A stretch of 23,199 nt of DNA from Clostridia bacterium (GTDB taxonomy: Bacteria > Bacillota > Clostridia > TANB77 > CAG-465): contig JAZSNU010000018.1 of assembly GCA_045536565.1 (NCBI GenBank), forward strand, positions 1 to 23,199, written 5' to 3'. The notes under the pieces are model-generated. The model was not told where the DNA came from and made no database searches. It saw only the letters and a program-made list of their open reading frames with translations. The translations under genes and the position numbers were made by a program. Positions 1-10,370 of this stretch are shown piece after piece (position 1 is the first letter of the stretch; every line of letters begins with the position of its first letter).

Positions 1-869
1 GGATCCATTTTTAGAAGTTCACCAAGACCTGTACAACTTGGACACGCTCCATATGGTGTATTAAACGAAAACATTCTAGGTGTAAGTTCTTCGATAGATA
101 TGTTACAATCAACACAAGCATAACTTTGACTAAATAACATATCTTCTCCGTTTACAACTGATATCATAACAAGATTATTTGCTTGTTTAAGACATAACTC
201 TACTGAGTCAGCAAGTCTTTTTCTTATATCCGGATTTACTGCAAGTCTATCTACCACTATTTCAATATCATGTTTTTTCTTTTTATCCATAGTAGGTATT
301 TCTTCTGATAAATCACACATATTACCATCTACTCTTGCTCTTACATATCCTTCTTTTATGGCAGTTTCTAAAATCTTAACATGTTCACCTTTTTTTCCTC
401 TTATTACAGGTGCCATTATATATATTCTAGTACCTTCTTTTAACTCTAATATTTGATCTACAATTTGATCTACTGTTTGCATCTTTATTCTTTTTCCGCA
501 TTTAGGACAATGTGGAACACCAATTCTTGCATATAACAGTCTAAGATAGTCATATATTTCCGTAACTGTTCCCACAGTAGAACGAGGATTTTTAGATGTG
601 GTTTTTTGGTCTATTGATATAGCCGGTGAAAGTCCTTCTATCGACTCAACATCAGGTTTTTCCATAATACCTAAAAACTGTCTTGCATAAGAAGATAAAC
701 TTTCAACATATCTTCTTTGCCCCTCTGCATATATAGTGTCAAATGCTAGTGATGATTTACCAGAACCAGAAAGCCCGGTAAATACAATTAGTTTGTTTCT
801 AGGTAGTTCTATACCAACATTCTTTAAATTATGTTCTTTTGCTCCTTTTATAATTAATTTATCGTTCAT
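1..869 (-). CDS. uvrA: Excinuclease ABC subunit A, 5' part (runs off the left edge)
   Basis: Not in the ORF track. Manual translation from ATG at 869 gives [67 protein letters not shown], with Walker A and later CxxC zinc-finger motifs. GGTGA SD upstream. Confidence 0.97.
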   Translation of the reverse strand, partial: MNDKLIIKGAKEHNLKNVGIELPRNKLIVFTGLSGSGKSSLAFDTIYAEGQRRYVESLSSYARQFLGIMEKPDVESIEGLSPAISIDQKTTSKNPRSTVGTVTEIYDYLRLLYARIGVPHCPKCGKRIKMQTVDQIVDQILELKEGTRIYIMAPVIRGKKGEHVKILETAIKEGYVRARVDGNMCDLSEEIPTMDKKKKHDIEIVVDRLAVNPDIRKRLADSVELCLKQANNLVMISVVNGEDMLFSQSYACVDCNISIEELTPRMFSFNTPYGACPSCTGLGELLKMD

Positions 870-887
870 TAAAAATCACCAACAAAC

Positions 888-917
888 ATTATATCATAAA
901 ATACATATGTTTGTAAA
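888..917 (-). promoter_or_regulatory. Putative sigmaA promoter of uvrA
   Basis: TTTACA-N18-TATAAT with extended -10 (TGnTATAAT), just upstream of the uvrA SD. Confidence 0.6.
901..912. promoter_or_regulatory. Possible degenerate LexA (SOS) box in the uvrA promoter spacer
   Basis: ATAC-ATAT-GTTT versus the Firmicute consensus GAAC-N4-GTTC; palindromic core ACATATGT. Position suits repression, but the match is weak. Confidence 0.35.
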
Positions 918-944
918 TGAATAGCGTAATGTAAATTTATGTAA

Positions 945-988
945 ATAACAAAAGAGATTATATAACTTGTTTTGGCCATATAATCTCT
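945..988 (-). terminator. Intrinsic terminator-like hairpin downstream of the TnpB-like gene
   Basis: Perfect 11-bp inverted repeat AGAGATTATAT (953-963) / ATATAATCTCT (978-988), extendable by G-U pairs on the minus strand and followed by TTTGTTATTT. Confidence 0.7.
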
Positions 989-1016
989 ATGTAAATTAGG
1001 AATGTGTATAATAGAA

Positions 1017-1598
1017 TTACCAAAAACAATTACATGCTTTTTTCCCTTCCATTACAAGTGAAACATAATAATTACCATCTTTATTAGATTTGATAACAAC
1101 TTTCTTAATTTCATTTTGAGCCGTAATATTTCCATTAATACTTGCTTTTACATAACCTAACTTAGGTAAAATTATTTTATCTTCTTTTATTCGTATATTA
1201 TTGTTTATATTTATGGTATTATATACTTCTTTACTATTTTTATCTTTATATCTTGGAAATCCACTAGCACCTAAGAAATACTTATCATATGCTTCAATAA
1301 CAGCTATTTGCTCTAAATATATCGTAGAATCATCAAGAGTTTCATAATCATTATTTAGTCTTTTAATTTGACTTATTTTCTTTGGGGGATTATGCTTAAA
1401 GAATCTTTCCTCATCTATTTCTACTTTATTTATCAAGCATCTTTCTATGTATTTAATATACTTATTATATACATACGCTCTTTCTTTTAGCATTAAATTA
1501 TACACTTCTTTACATACTTTAAATGTATGCTCAATTACTTCTTTTTGATGCTTATTTGGATAAATCCTAAATGTAAATACTGAGACTTTCTTGTTCAA
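1017..1598 (-). CDS. TnpB (IS200/IS605 OrfB)-like protein, N-terminal half only, no RuvC
   Basis: TnpB-type motifs FRIYPNKHQ, VYNLML, GFPRYK, LPKLGYVK and GNYYVSL. The ORF stops before the expected RuvC-I GIDLG motif. TTG start with SD AGGAGTGG. Confidence 0.85.
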   Translation of the reverse strand: MNKKVSVFTFRIYPNKHQKEVIEHTFKVCKEVYNLMLKERAYVYNKYIKYIERCLINKVEIDEERFFKHNPPKKISQIKRLNNDYETLDDSTIYLEQIAVIEAYDKYFLGASGFPRYKDKNSKEVYNTININNNIRIKEDKIILPKLGYVKASINGNITAQNEIKKVVIKSNKDGNYYVSLVMEGKKACNCFW

Positions 1599-1741
1599 AA
1601 AACCACTCCTTGAATAAACATTGTTAGATTAAATCTATATTATATTAATAAAATTTATTTAGATAAAATTAAACTTGTAAAAAGAATCGTAAATGTTTTT
1701 AGATAATCTAAAATCTACTAACTTCTAGTTAGTATACTTTT

Positions 1742-1770
1742 ATTATAATGGTAAAAAATGTAAAAGTCAA
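1742..1770 (-). promoter_or_regulatory. Near-consensus sigmaA promoter of the TnpB-like gene
   Basis: TTGACT-N17-TATAAT; predicted start near 1735, giving a leader of about 137 nt. Confidence 0.75.
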
Positions 1771-1795
1771 CAAAAATCGTATTCCAAAATTCGAC

Positions 1796-1835
1796 AAAAA
1801 CCAAGGTGTATGAGCATTTGTTACCCATACGCCTT
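1796..1835 (-). terminator. Hairpin or terminator after uvrB
   Basis: AAGGCGTATGGGTA-loop-TGCTCATACACCTT stem with one mismatch and G-U pairs, followed by GGTTTTT. Confidence 0.65.
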
Positions 1836-1859
1836 ACATAATTTTTATAATATTTTGTC

Positions 1860-3809
1860 TTATTCTGCTTTTAAATCTTTTATTAAATCTCTAAGCATTG
1901 CTGCTTTTTCAAATTCATATTTTCTTGCATATTCAAACATTTCTGCTGTCAATCTTTCTATCATTTCCTCAGTTGTTTCTTCTGCTTTTGCATCTATTTT
2001 TATTTCTTCCTCCTCACTAAATGTTGCCTTAATACTATCTCGTATATTCTTCTTAATTGTTTTAGGTACTATATTATTTTTCTCGTTATATTCCATTTGT
2101 ATTTTTCTTCTTCTACTTGTTTCTCTTATAGCATTTTCCATAGAATTTGTAAGCTCATCAGCATACATTATAACTTTACCTTTATCGTTTCTTGCTGCTC
2201 TTCCTATTGTTTGAATTAATGACCTTTCACTTCTTAAAAATCCCTCTTTATCTGCATCAAGTATTGCAACAAGTGATACCTCTGGAATATCTAATCCCTC
2301 TCTTAAAAGGTTTATACCAACTAATACATCAAACTTTCCTTCTCTTAAATCTTTTATTATCTCAAGCCTTTCTAATGCTTTAATATCAGAATGCATATAC
2401 CTTACTCTTATGCCTTCTCCTTCTAAATAACTTGTAAGTTCTTCTGCCATTTTTTTAGTAAGGGTTGTAACAAGTACTCTTTCATCGTTTTTAGTCACTT
2501 CTTTTATATTTGCTATTAGGTCCTCTATTTGTCCATCTATTGGTCTTACTTCTATTTTAGGATCAATAAGTCCAGTTGGTCTAATAATTTGTTCTACTAC
2601 TTGTTTGCTTCTTTTTTTCTCATAATCACCAGGAGTTGCACTAACATACACAATATTTTTTGCTTTTTCTTCCCACTCTTCAAATCTAAGTGGTCTATTA
2701 TCAAATGCAGATGGCAGTCTAAATCCATGCTCTACTAATGATTCTTTTCTTGCTCTATCTCCATTATACATTGCCCCTATTTGTGGTATTGTTGCATGTG
2801 ATTCATCCACTATAACTAAGAAATCATCTCCTAGATAATCAAATAAAGTATATGGTGCTGTTCCTCTTTCTCTATTTGACATGTATATTGAATAGTTTTC
2901 TATTCCTTGACAGAAACCTGTTTCTTGTAACATTTCTATATCAAAATTTACTCTTTGTTCTAATCTATATGCCTCAACTATTTTATCCTCGCTTCTTAAT
3001 TCTTTTAATCTTTCTTCCAATTCTTCCTTTATTCTTACTATTGCTCTTTCAACATTTTCTTTTGAAGTTACATAGTGAGATTTTGGATATATTAATTCGT
3101 GTTTTACTCTTACAATGGTTTTACCTGTCAGTGGATGTATATATGAAATTTTGTCTATTTCGTCTCCAAAAAATTCTAATCTTACTGCGTGGTCGTCTAC
3201 TCCAACTTCAAATATATCAACAATATCTCCTTTTACTCTAAATCTCCCACGAATAAATTCTATATCATTTCTTTCATATTGCATTTCTACTAATTTTTCT
3301 AGTATCTCATCTCTACCTTTTTGCATACCCTCTCTTACAGAAAGTGTTAAATTACTATATGAATCTGGGTCACCCAATGAATATATAGAAGATACGCTGG
3401 CAATAATTATAACATCCTTGCGCTCAAATAAAGCAGCAGTTGCACTATGTCTTAATTTATCTATTTCGTCATTTATACTACTATCTTTTTCTATATATGT
3501 GTCAGTAGATGCGATATACGCTTCCGGTTGGTAGTAGTCGAAATATGAAATAAAGTACTCTACTGCGTTTTCAGGAAAGAATTCTTTGAATTCACTGTAT
3601 AACTGACCTGCTAGTGTTTTGTTATGTGCCATTATTATAGTAGGTTTGTTTACTCTTGCAATAACATTTGCCATTGTAAATGTCTTACCAGAACCTGTTA
3701 CACCCAAAAGTGTTTGTGCATTATATCCTTTATTTAATCCTTCTACTAATTTTTCTATTGCCTGTGGTTGATCACCAGTAGGCTTATATTCTGAATGTAA
3801 TTTGAACAT
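1860..3809 (-). CDS. uvrB: Excinuclease ABC subunit B
   Basis: [14 protein letters not shown] Walker [11 protein letters not shown] beta-hairpin, [14 protein letters not shown]-terminal UVR motif FEKAAMLRD; AAGGAG SD. Confidence 0.98.
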   Translation of the reverse strand: MFKLHSEYKPTGDQPQAIEKLVEGLNKGYNAQTLLGVTGSGKTFTMANVIARVNKPTIIMAHNKTLAGQLYSEFKEFFPENAVEYFISYFDYYQPEAYIASTDTYIEKDSSINDEIDKLRHSATAALFERKDVIIIASVSSIYSLGDPDSYSNLTLSVREGMQKGRDEILEKLVEMQYERNDIEFIRGRFRVKGDIVDIFEVGVDDHAVRLEFFGDEIDKISYIHPLTGKTIVRVKHELIYPKSHYVTSKENVERAIVRIKEELEERLKELRSEDKIVEAYRLEQRVNFDIEMLQETGFCQGIENYSIYMSNRERGTAPYTLFDYLGDDFLVIVDESHATIPQIGAMYNGDRARKESLVEHGFRLPSAFDNRPLRFEEWEEKAKNIVYVSATPGDYEKKRSKQVVEQIIRPTGLIDPKIEVRPIDGQIEDLIANIKEVTKNDERVLVTTLTKKMAEELTSYLEGEGIRVRYMHSDIKALERLEIIKDLREGKFDVLVGINLLREGLDIPEVSLVAILDADKEGFLRSERSLIQTIGRAARNDKGKVIMYADELTNSMENAIRETSRRRKIQMEYNEKNNIVPKTIKKNIRDSIKATFSEEEEIKIDAKAEETTEEMIERLTAEMFEYARKYEFEKAAMLRDLIKDLKAE

Positions 3810-3822
3810 TATTTTACTCCTT

Positions 3823-4149
3823 TTAATTTATAGTTATAATACTACCACTAAAAAATATTATTAAACTTGCTATTAATATTGCTAGCCAAAAATGTTTAAC
3901 TAATTTTGTTTTTCTATACAATATCGAATAAATTATAATATATAATAGTGCAAGTAGTATGTAAGGCCATAAATATAACAAATAAATCAATATACTTCCT
4001 GTCCAAAACGCTTCCGATGCACCCAACTTTACTCCACTCCATGAATCAGTTACTCCATGTATCATTGCTCCTATTCCAATCAAAATAGGAAGTACGATTA
4101 ATGAAATTATTGCAAATATAAATATTTTTTTCATTATTCTATCTCTCAT
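3823..4149 (-). CDS. Small hypothetical membrane protein (about 3 TM)
   Basis: 108-aa ORF with hydrophobic segments; stops 13 nt before the uvrB start; GAGG SD-like sequence upstream. Confidence 0.7.
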   Translation of the reverse strand: MRDRIMKKIFIFAIISLIVLPILIGIGAMIHGVTDSWSGVKLGASEAFWTGSILIYLLYLWPYILLALLYIIIYSILYRKTKLVKHFWLAILIASLIIFFSGSIITIN

Positions 4150-4197
4150 AGAAACTCATTCCTCTCAAAAACAAATTTTATTGTTTTTCTATTGAAC

Positions 4198-4226
4198 ATT
4201 ATAACTTAATATTATTATTTTATCAA
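4198..4226 (-). promoter_or_regulatory. Putative sigmaA promoter for the membrane gene and uvrB
   Basis: TTGATA-N17-TATAAT. Confidence 0.6.
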
Positions 4227-4308
4227 TAATAATTTTTGCCTATATTATATAAATATTTTTTCCTCTTCAATAGCATCAATTAACTATTTCTCTGTTAGTA
4301 AATATACT

Positions 4309-4791
4309 TTATATAACTGTAACTATTAAGCCAATTAAAGTGCAAACAATTAATCCTAGCACTTCTCCTATAAATCCACCTTTAATATGAAATAAATAAT
4401 TCCTATATTCTTTTTTCATATCCTCTGTTCCTTTAAATACAAACTCTGGTGAATGACAAAACCATATAATATCCATAACTATAACATCATAAATATTTAC
4501 AACTGACCATATTAAGAATCCATATCCAAAGCCTTCAATAAATGTTGTATATCCATTAATGTATCTTAATATAAAAGATAGTAGTACCACAATAATGAGT
4601 GCTGCTAATACTTTTGCTCCTATCTTGCTTTTTGTAGTAGGTATTTTATCTTGATACTCCTTCATAGACTTTACTCTTTCTTGTATTTTAGGTGGATAAT
4701 TATATAAAGTTGCTATTGGATTTCTAGACATTATATAAACCATTAATGTAAATACTAGGCATAAAATTATACATTCAATTAATAATATCAT
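4309..4791 (-). CDS. Hypothetical membrane protein (about 4 TM)
   Basis: 160 aa, four hydrophobic stretches, AGGAGG SD; probably co-transcribed with the upstream hydrolase. Confidence 0.8.
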   Translation of the reverse strand: MILLIECIILCLVFTLMVYIMSRNPIATLYNYPPKIQERVKSMKEYQDKIPTTKSKIGAKVLAALIIVVLLSFILRYINGYTTFIEGFGYGFLIWSVVNIYDVIVMDIIWFCHSPEFVFKGTEDMKKEYRNYLFHIKGGFIGEVLGLIVCTLIGLIVTVI

Positions 4792-4803
4792 TTTCTCTTC
4801 CTC

Positions 4804-5490
4804 CTATATACATTTATTTTCTTCAATAAAAGTAATAATCTCATCTCCCCAATCAACTTTTACCATATAACTAGAATGTGTAGTGTCTTTTAACATTAAA
4901 AGTTTTGAATTAGAAATATTATTTGCTAAATACTCAGCTTCATCTACTGATATTATATCTTTATCCCCATTTATAATTAATGTTGGCACACTAATATTTT
5001 CTAATTCATGTTTTGTTATTGTTCTTGCTTCTTCAACTAATTTTATAAATCTTTTATATGATTTTTTACCAGGATATATTGGAAATAAACTTATTAATTT
5101 TTCAAGAGTTGATTTTTGATATTTTCCATTATATCTTGCAGCACTACTGCATAATATTAGTTTAGAAAAACACTCTTTATATTTAATTGCAAAATGTAAA
5201 GCAACTGTACCTCCTCCACTATGGCCTAATATAATTGGTTTATTTATTTCTAGTTTTTTAATAAATTTATATATATCATCAGCGCTTGCTTCATATGTGA
5301 GATCACAATTTTTTGTACTTTTTCCACAACATCTTCTATCAACCAAATACACTTTATATCTTTTAGAAAGTACTTTTCCTAAATTTTTCATATAACTTGT
5401 ATTATTAGAGTTGCCATTTAATAGAATTACTGGCTTTCCCTCTCCAACACATTCATAATGTATTGTTATTCCATTTACATCTATATACAT
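4804..5490 (-). CDS. Alpha/beta-fold hydrolase
   Basis: GHSGG nucleophile elbow, PTLIINGDKD acid region, C-terminal His (TTHSS); GAGGTG SD. Confidence 0.9.
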   Translation of the reverse strand: MYIDVNGITIHYECVGEGKPVILLNGNSNNTSYMKNLGKVLSKRYKVYLVDRRCCGKSTKNCDLTYEASADDIYKFIKKLEINKPIILGHSGGGTVALHFAIKYKECFSKLILCSSAARYNGKYQKSTLEKLISLFPIYPGKKSYKRFIKLVEEARTITKHELENISVPTLIINGDKDIISVDEAEYLANNISNSKLLMLKDTTHSSYMVKVDWGDEIITFIEENKCI

Positions 5491-5511
5491 ATTTCACCTC
5501 TTTATACGACA

Positions 5512-5540
5512 ATTATATTACACTAATAAATATATTACAA
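5512..5540 (-). promoter_or_regulatory. Putative sigmaA promoter of the hydrolase operon
   Basis: TTGTAA-N17-TATAAT. Confidence 0.6.
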
Positions 5541-5636
5541 GTTTAATAAATCCCAAAAAATAAAACAAAAAGCATAGTCATATGATTTTACATATTTCTA
5601 TACTTAATGTTTAATTTATAGTTATTTAGGCTTATA

Positions 5637-7598
5637 TTACCATGAGCCTCCGCCACCTCCGCCAGAGCCTCCTCCTGAACTTCCACCGCCAGAAGAACCT
5701 CCGCCAGAACCACCGTCACTTGATGGTCTGGAAGACATACTTGACTGTGCCGCTGACATGGTATTATCCATAAATTTACTAAATCCTTTCATATCAAATC
5801 CATTAGTCATGCTTGTGCCTTCACACCATGTCGCTGGTTTTATAGCAATAGTTTCAAATTTTTCTATCCATTTATCCGAAACACCAAGAGCATATGTATA
5901 TGGTAATATATCATAAAAATATTCTGAATTTTTTTCTACTAATGTTTCTAATTCTTCTTTTCTTGCAACTTCTAAGAAATTTTTGAATCCTCTTATTTTA
6001 CCAAGCATCTCAATACCAAATTTTGTTCTCTTTGGCATAAGTTTAGTAAATATTGCAATAACAATACAGCATATTACTGTAATTATGTACACGGCTAGCA
6101 ATATCCAATTTTCTATAAATATTGGTACTAGTATCTGTCCAACACTAATTATACCTGCTACATCAAATCCAAGCATAATTACCCAAGCAAATATTGATTT
6201 AGCACTTGCAATTGCCCAGTTCATTATTCCAAAAAATAGTGGAACTATTATAAGCATCGGAAAAGCATCATCATCAGTTCTACCACTTGCTACAACCCAT
6301 GTTGTATAAATAAAGGTAAATAAAACCATAAATATTCCTAAAACAATTCTAGATGTCATACCTTTTTCAAAAATTGCTAGTTTGTTTTCTTTACTTGCTA
6401 TCTTCTCACTTATTTTATTAATGGTTACATAGAAACTATCAGTTAAATCTTCTTCTGTTACTTCTTCTAAATCAGTTTTTATAGTATACTCTTCTTCATT
6501 AATTTTTGCTATATCTTTAAAACTAATTTTTTTGAATCTTTCTATATCAAGAGTTCTTTTTTCAAATAACCCGTCAAAGAATATCCTTTTATTTGCATCT
6601 TCACCATCATATGCCTTTAATTTAACAATTCTAAATGTAGCATACCTTTTTCCTTCTTTTATCTCCTCTATAATTTTAATATATCCTTCATTTGCAAGTT
6701 CAATTAAAAGAGAAATTATACCTTCATTACTAGTCTTACCTTTATATAGAAAATCTATTTCTGCGCTGTTATATCCTTCTGGTGGATAAAATTCAACAGT
6801 CTCTACAACAACATCATCTTTCCCCTTTTTAACCCACATTACAGCTATAATAATTACAAAAACCACAGGAAAAACAAATGCTAATATTAAAGACCAATCA
6901 AGATTTAAAGATTCACCTTTAAAATACTCTTCTGGAAGTTCTAGTCTTACAGTTAATCCTTCCCAAGCATCCAAAGTTTTTGTATATCTACCAGTTATAA
7001 CATTACCATTTACTTGATACTCTATACCATCACTATTTGTTGAGTCTGAATACCCAACTGAAAACCCCAATTTTGAACTATCAAAGTCTTTTGGCATATT
7101 TATAGTAAATGTTACATTATCTATACTTGTATCCCACTCGGTACCAATAAGGTTAAAATATAGCTCATCCTTGTTTTCTAATGGATCCTTACCAATATTG
7201 TATCTGTAACTTATAACATACTCTTTTCTGCCGGTTAAAGTTACATTCTTATCACCAATTTTTATAACTTTATTACCTTCTTCTTTACTTGTTGTATACT
7301 TTTCATTTACCTTAATATTACTTATTCTCGCAATATTTTCAGAAGTTGTGCCATCTACTCTCTCAACTCTGTTTTTAAGCGGTAATATTCTAAATATACC
7401 ATGTTTATCTACATTAAAATTTGCTATTATAGTTTCAGTTATATCAAATGTATTATCTTCATTTACATCCATTTTTATATCATAACTTTCTATATAATAT
7501 TCATTATTTGATGCATATATATTAGTTCCCATTATAAATATAACTAATGTAAATACAGAAATACTAATATTTCTTAACCATTTTAAATATTTTTTCAC
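5637..7598 (-). CDS. DUF2207-family membrane protein with Gly/Ser-rich tail
   Basis: Signal peptide, extracellular domain (HGIFRILP, ELYFNLIGTEW), several TM helices, LPYTYALGV motif, GGGGGGSW end. Start moved to GTG at 7598 because SD AGAGGTGA lies 5 nt upstream. Confidence 0.88.
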   Translation of the reverse strand: MKKYLKWLRNISISVFTLVIFIMGTNIYASNNEYYIESYDIKMDVNEDNTFDITETIIANFNVDKHGIFRILPLKNRVERVDGTTSENIARISNIKVNEKYTTSKEEGNKVIKIGDKNVTLTGRKEYVISYRYNIGKDPLENKDELYFNLIGTEWDTSIDNVTFTINMPKDFDSSKLGFSVGYSDSTNSDGIEYQVNGNVITGRYTKTLDAWEGLTVRLELPEEYFKGESLNLDWSLILAFVFPVVFVIIIAVMWVKKGKDDVVVETVEFYPPEGYNSAEIDFLYKGKTSNEGIISLLIELANEGYIKIIEEIKEGKRYATFRIVKLKAYDGEDANKRIFFDGLFEKRTLDIERFKKISFKDIAKINEEEYTIKTDLEEVTEEDLTDSFYVTINKISEKIASKENKLAIFEKGMTSRIVLGIFMVLFTFIYTTWVVASGRTDDDAFPMLIIVPLFFGIMNWAIASAKSIFAWVIMLGFDVAGIISVGQILVPIFIENWILLAVYIITVICCIVIAIFTKLMPKRTKFGIEMLGKIRGFKNFLEVARKEELETLVEKNSEYFYDILPYTYALGVSDKWIEKFETIAIKPATWCEGTSMTNGFDMKGFSKFMDNTMSAAQSSMSSRPSSDGGSGGGSSGGGSSGGGSGGGGGGSW

Positions 7599-7609
7599 TT
7601 TAGTCACCT

Positions 7610-8158
7610 CTATATATCAACACTCACATTTTGTCTTTCTTCATTTAATGCTTCAAACATTTTCTTTTCTTTATATCCAAAAATAATAGCTACAATATTA
7701 CTTGGAACAACTTTTATTTTATTGTTATAATTTTTAACTGTTCCATTATAATATTTTCTAGAATTTGCTATATCATTTTCTACCCCAGATAGTGTGTTAC
7801 TTAAATCAAGAAAATTTTGACTTGCTTTAAGTTCTGGATATCCCTCTGCTAACATCATAACTTTACTTAAATCATTTTCAACCTCTTTGTTAGTATCTAT
7901 CTTTTTATCATTAGATAGTTCACTATAATTGTTATTTCTTAACTTAGTAATCTTTTCAAAAGTTTCTTCTTCATGTTTAGAATACTCTTTAACCTCTTCA
8001 ACAATGTTTGGAATTAAATCCCATCTTTTTTTTAGGTAAACATCCATAGTAGAAAATGCTTCTTCTACCATAGTATTTAATTTGACTATATTGTTATACT
8101 CTACAACTATATAAATTAATATCAAAAATAGTATTACACCAATTATTATATATATCAT
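7610..8158 (-). CDS. lemA: LemA family protein
   Basis: N-terminal TM, LKKRWDLIPNIV, AEGYPELKASQNF, SRKYYN motifs. Start moved to ATG at 8158 (AGGAGG SD). Confidence 0.93.
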   Translation of the reverse strand: MIYIIIGVILFLILIYIVVEYNNIVKLNTMVEEAFSTMDVYLKKRWDLIPNIVEEVKEYSKHEEETFEKITKLRNNNYSELSNDKKIDTNKEVENDLSKVMMLAEGYPELKASQNFLDLSNTLSGVENDIANSRKYYNGTVKNYNNKIKVVPSNIVAIIFGYKEKKMFEALNEERQNVSVDI

Positions 8159-8289
8159 AAAAAACCTCCTATATATCACCACTTAAAATTATTTATAATA
8201 CAATGTTACTACATAATTTAACATTATTCAAGAAATTCTTAAAAAGGATTCTTAATGTTAACTAATTGTAATAATTATTATAAATACAA

Positions 8290-8318
8290 TTGACTTAATT
8301 TTCCTTTTTATATATAAT
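8290..8318 (+). promoter_or_regulatory. sigmaA promoter of the plus-strand membrane gene
   Basis: TTGACT-N17-TATAAT. Confidence 0.7.
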
Positions 8319-8378
8319 TTTATTAGTTCTATAATGATAGAATATTTAATACTATTATAGTATAAATGGAGAGTTTAT

Positions 8379-8972
8379 ATGGGATTATTTACATTTATCG
8401 TATGTTTCCTTATTTTACTTCTTATACTTATCATAGCAGGTTCGATCCAGCAATTTGCATTATTTGTTACAACAAGAAAAACTAACGAATTTATAGTTAT
8501 GGTAATTCCTGCATTTGTAAGTTTGATTGCATTTATATTAACATTACTAATTACATATTTAATATTAAAACTTTTTAATATTAATAGTTTAAAAACAATA
8601 TATTCAATGTTTATGAATTGGGAATATAGTTTTAATCAATATATTTCTACAATTCTTGCATTAGTTCTTTGTTCTATTGTATATATTCTTTTACAAGCAT
8701 TATGCTTAAAATTAGTAAATATAGATTATAGTAAAATATGGAATTATATAAAATATAAAATATTAAAAAAAGAAGAAATAAAAGTATTAGAACCTACTGA
8801 AGAAGAAAAAGTATCTATTGATTTAACTCATAATGCACTACCTACTTTAAGAAGAAATATTTCGTTTTTTCACTACTTTGCAGCAAGTCTATTTTCATTT
8901 ACGATATCCTTAGCTTCAATAGTTGGTCTAATATATTTAGGTATAATATTAGGTCAGAAATATATAATATAA
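8379..8972 (+). CDS. Hypothetical membrane protein (about 4 TM)
   Basis: 197 aa, fills the gap between lemA and eno; GGAG SD, own promoter and downstream terminator. Confidence 0.8.
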   Translation: MGLFTFIVCFLILLLILIIAGSIQQFALFVTTRKTNEFIVMVIPAFVSLIAFILTLLITYLILKLFNINSLKTIYSMFMNWEYSFNQYISTILALVLCSIVYILLQALCLKLVNIDYSKIWNYIKYKILKKEEIKVLEPTEEEKVSIDLTHNALPTLRRNISFFHYFAASLFSFTISLASIVGLIYLGIILGQKYII

Positions 8973-9007
8973 ATAACGGTCTTGGTAAAACCAAAGCCGT
9001 TATTTTT
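8971..9007. terminator. Bidirectional terminator between convergent genes
   Basis: AAATAACGG...TTGGT-AAA-ACCAA...CCGTTATTTTT inverted repeat with T-rich ends on both strands. Confidence 0.8.
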
Positions 9008-9022
9008 ACTACTATACCTATG

Positions 9023-10333
<1,311 letters not shown>

Positions 10334-10370
10334 TTATATACAATTTATATATACAAAACAATTATATATC

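Noticed and set aside
945-1835. Active IS200/IS605 element or intact TnpB/Cas12f nuclease
   Set aside because: No tnpA, no RuvC or C-terminal zinc finger, and no recognisable omegaRNA. The flanking hairpins are adequately explained as terminators, though remnant IS ends cannot be excluded.
5637-5730. GC-rich repetitive patch (CCGCC/CCTCC units)
   Set aside because: It encodes the Gly/Ser tail that is normal for DUF2207-type proteins.
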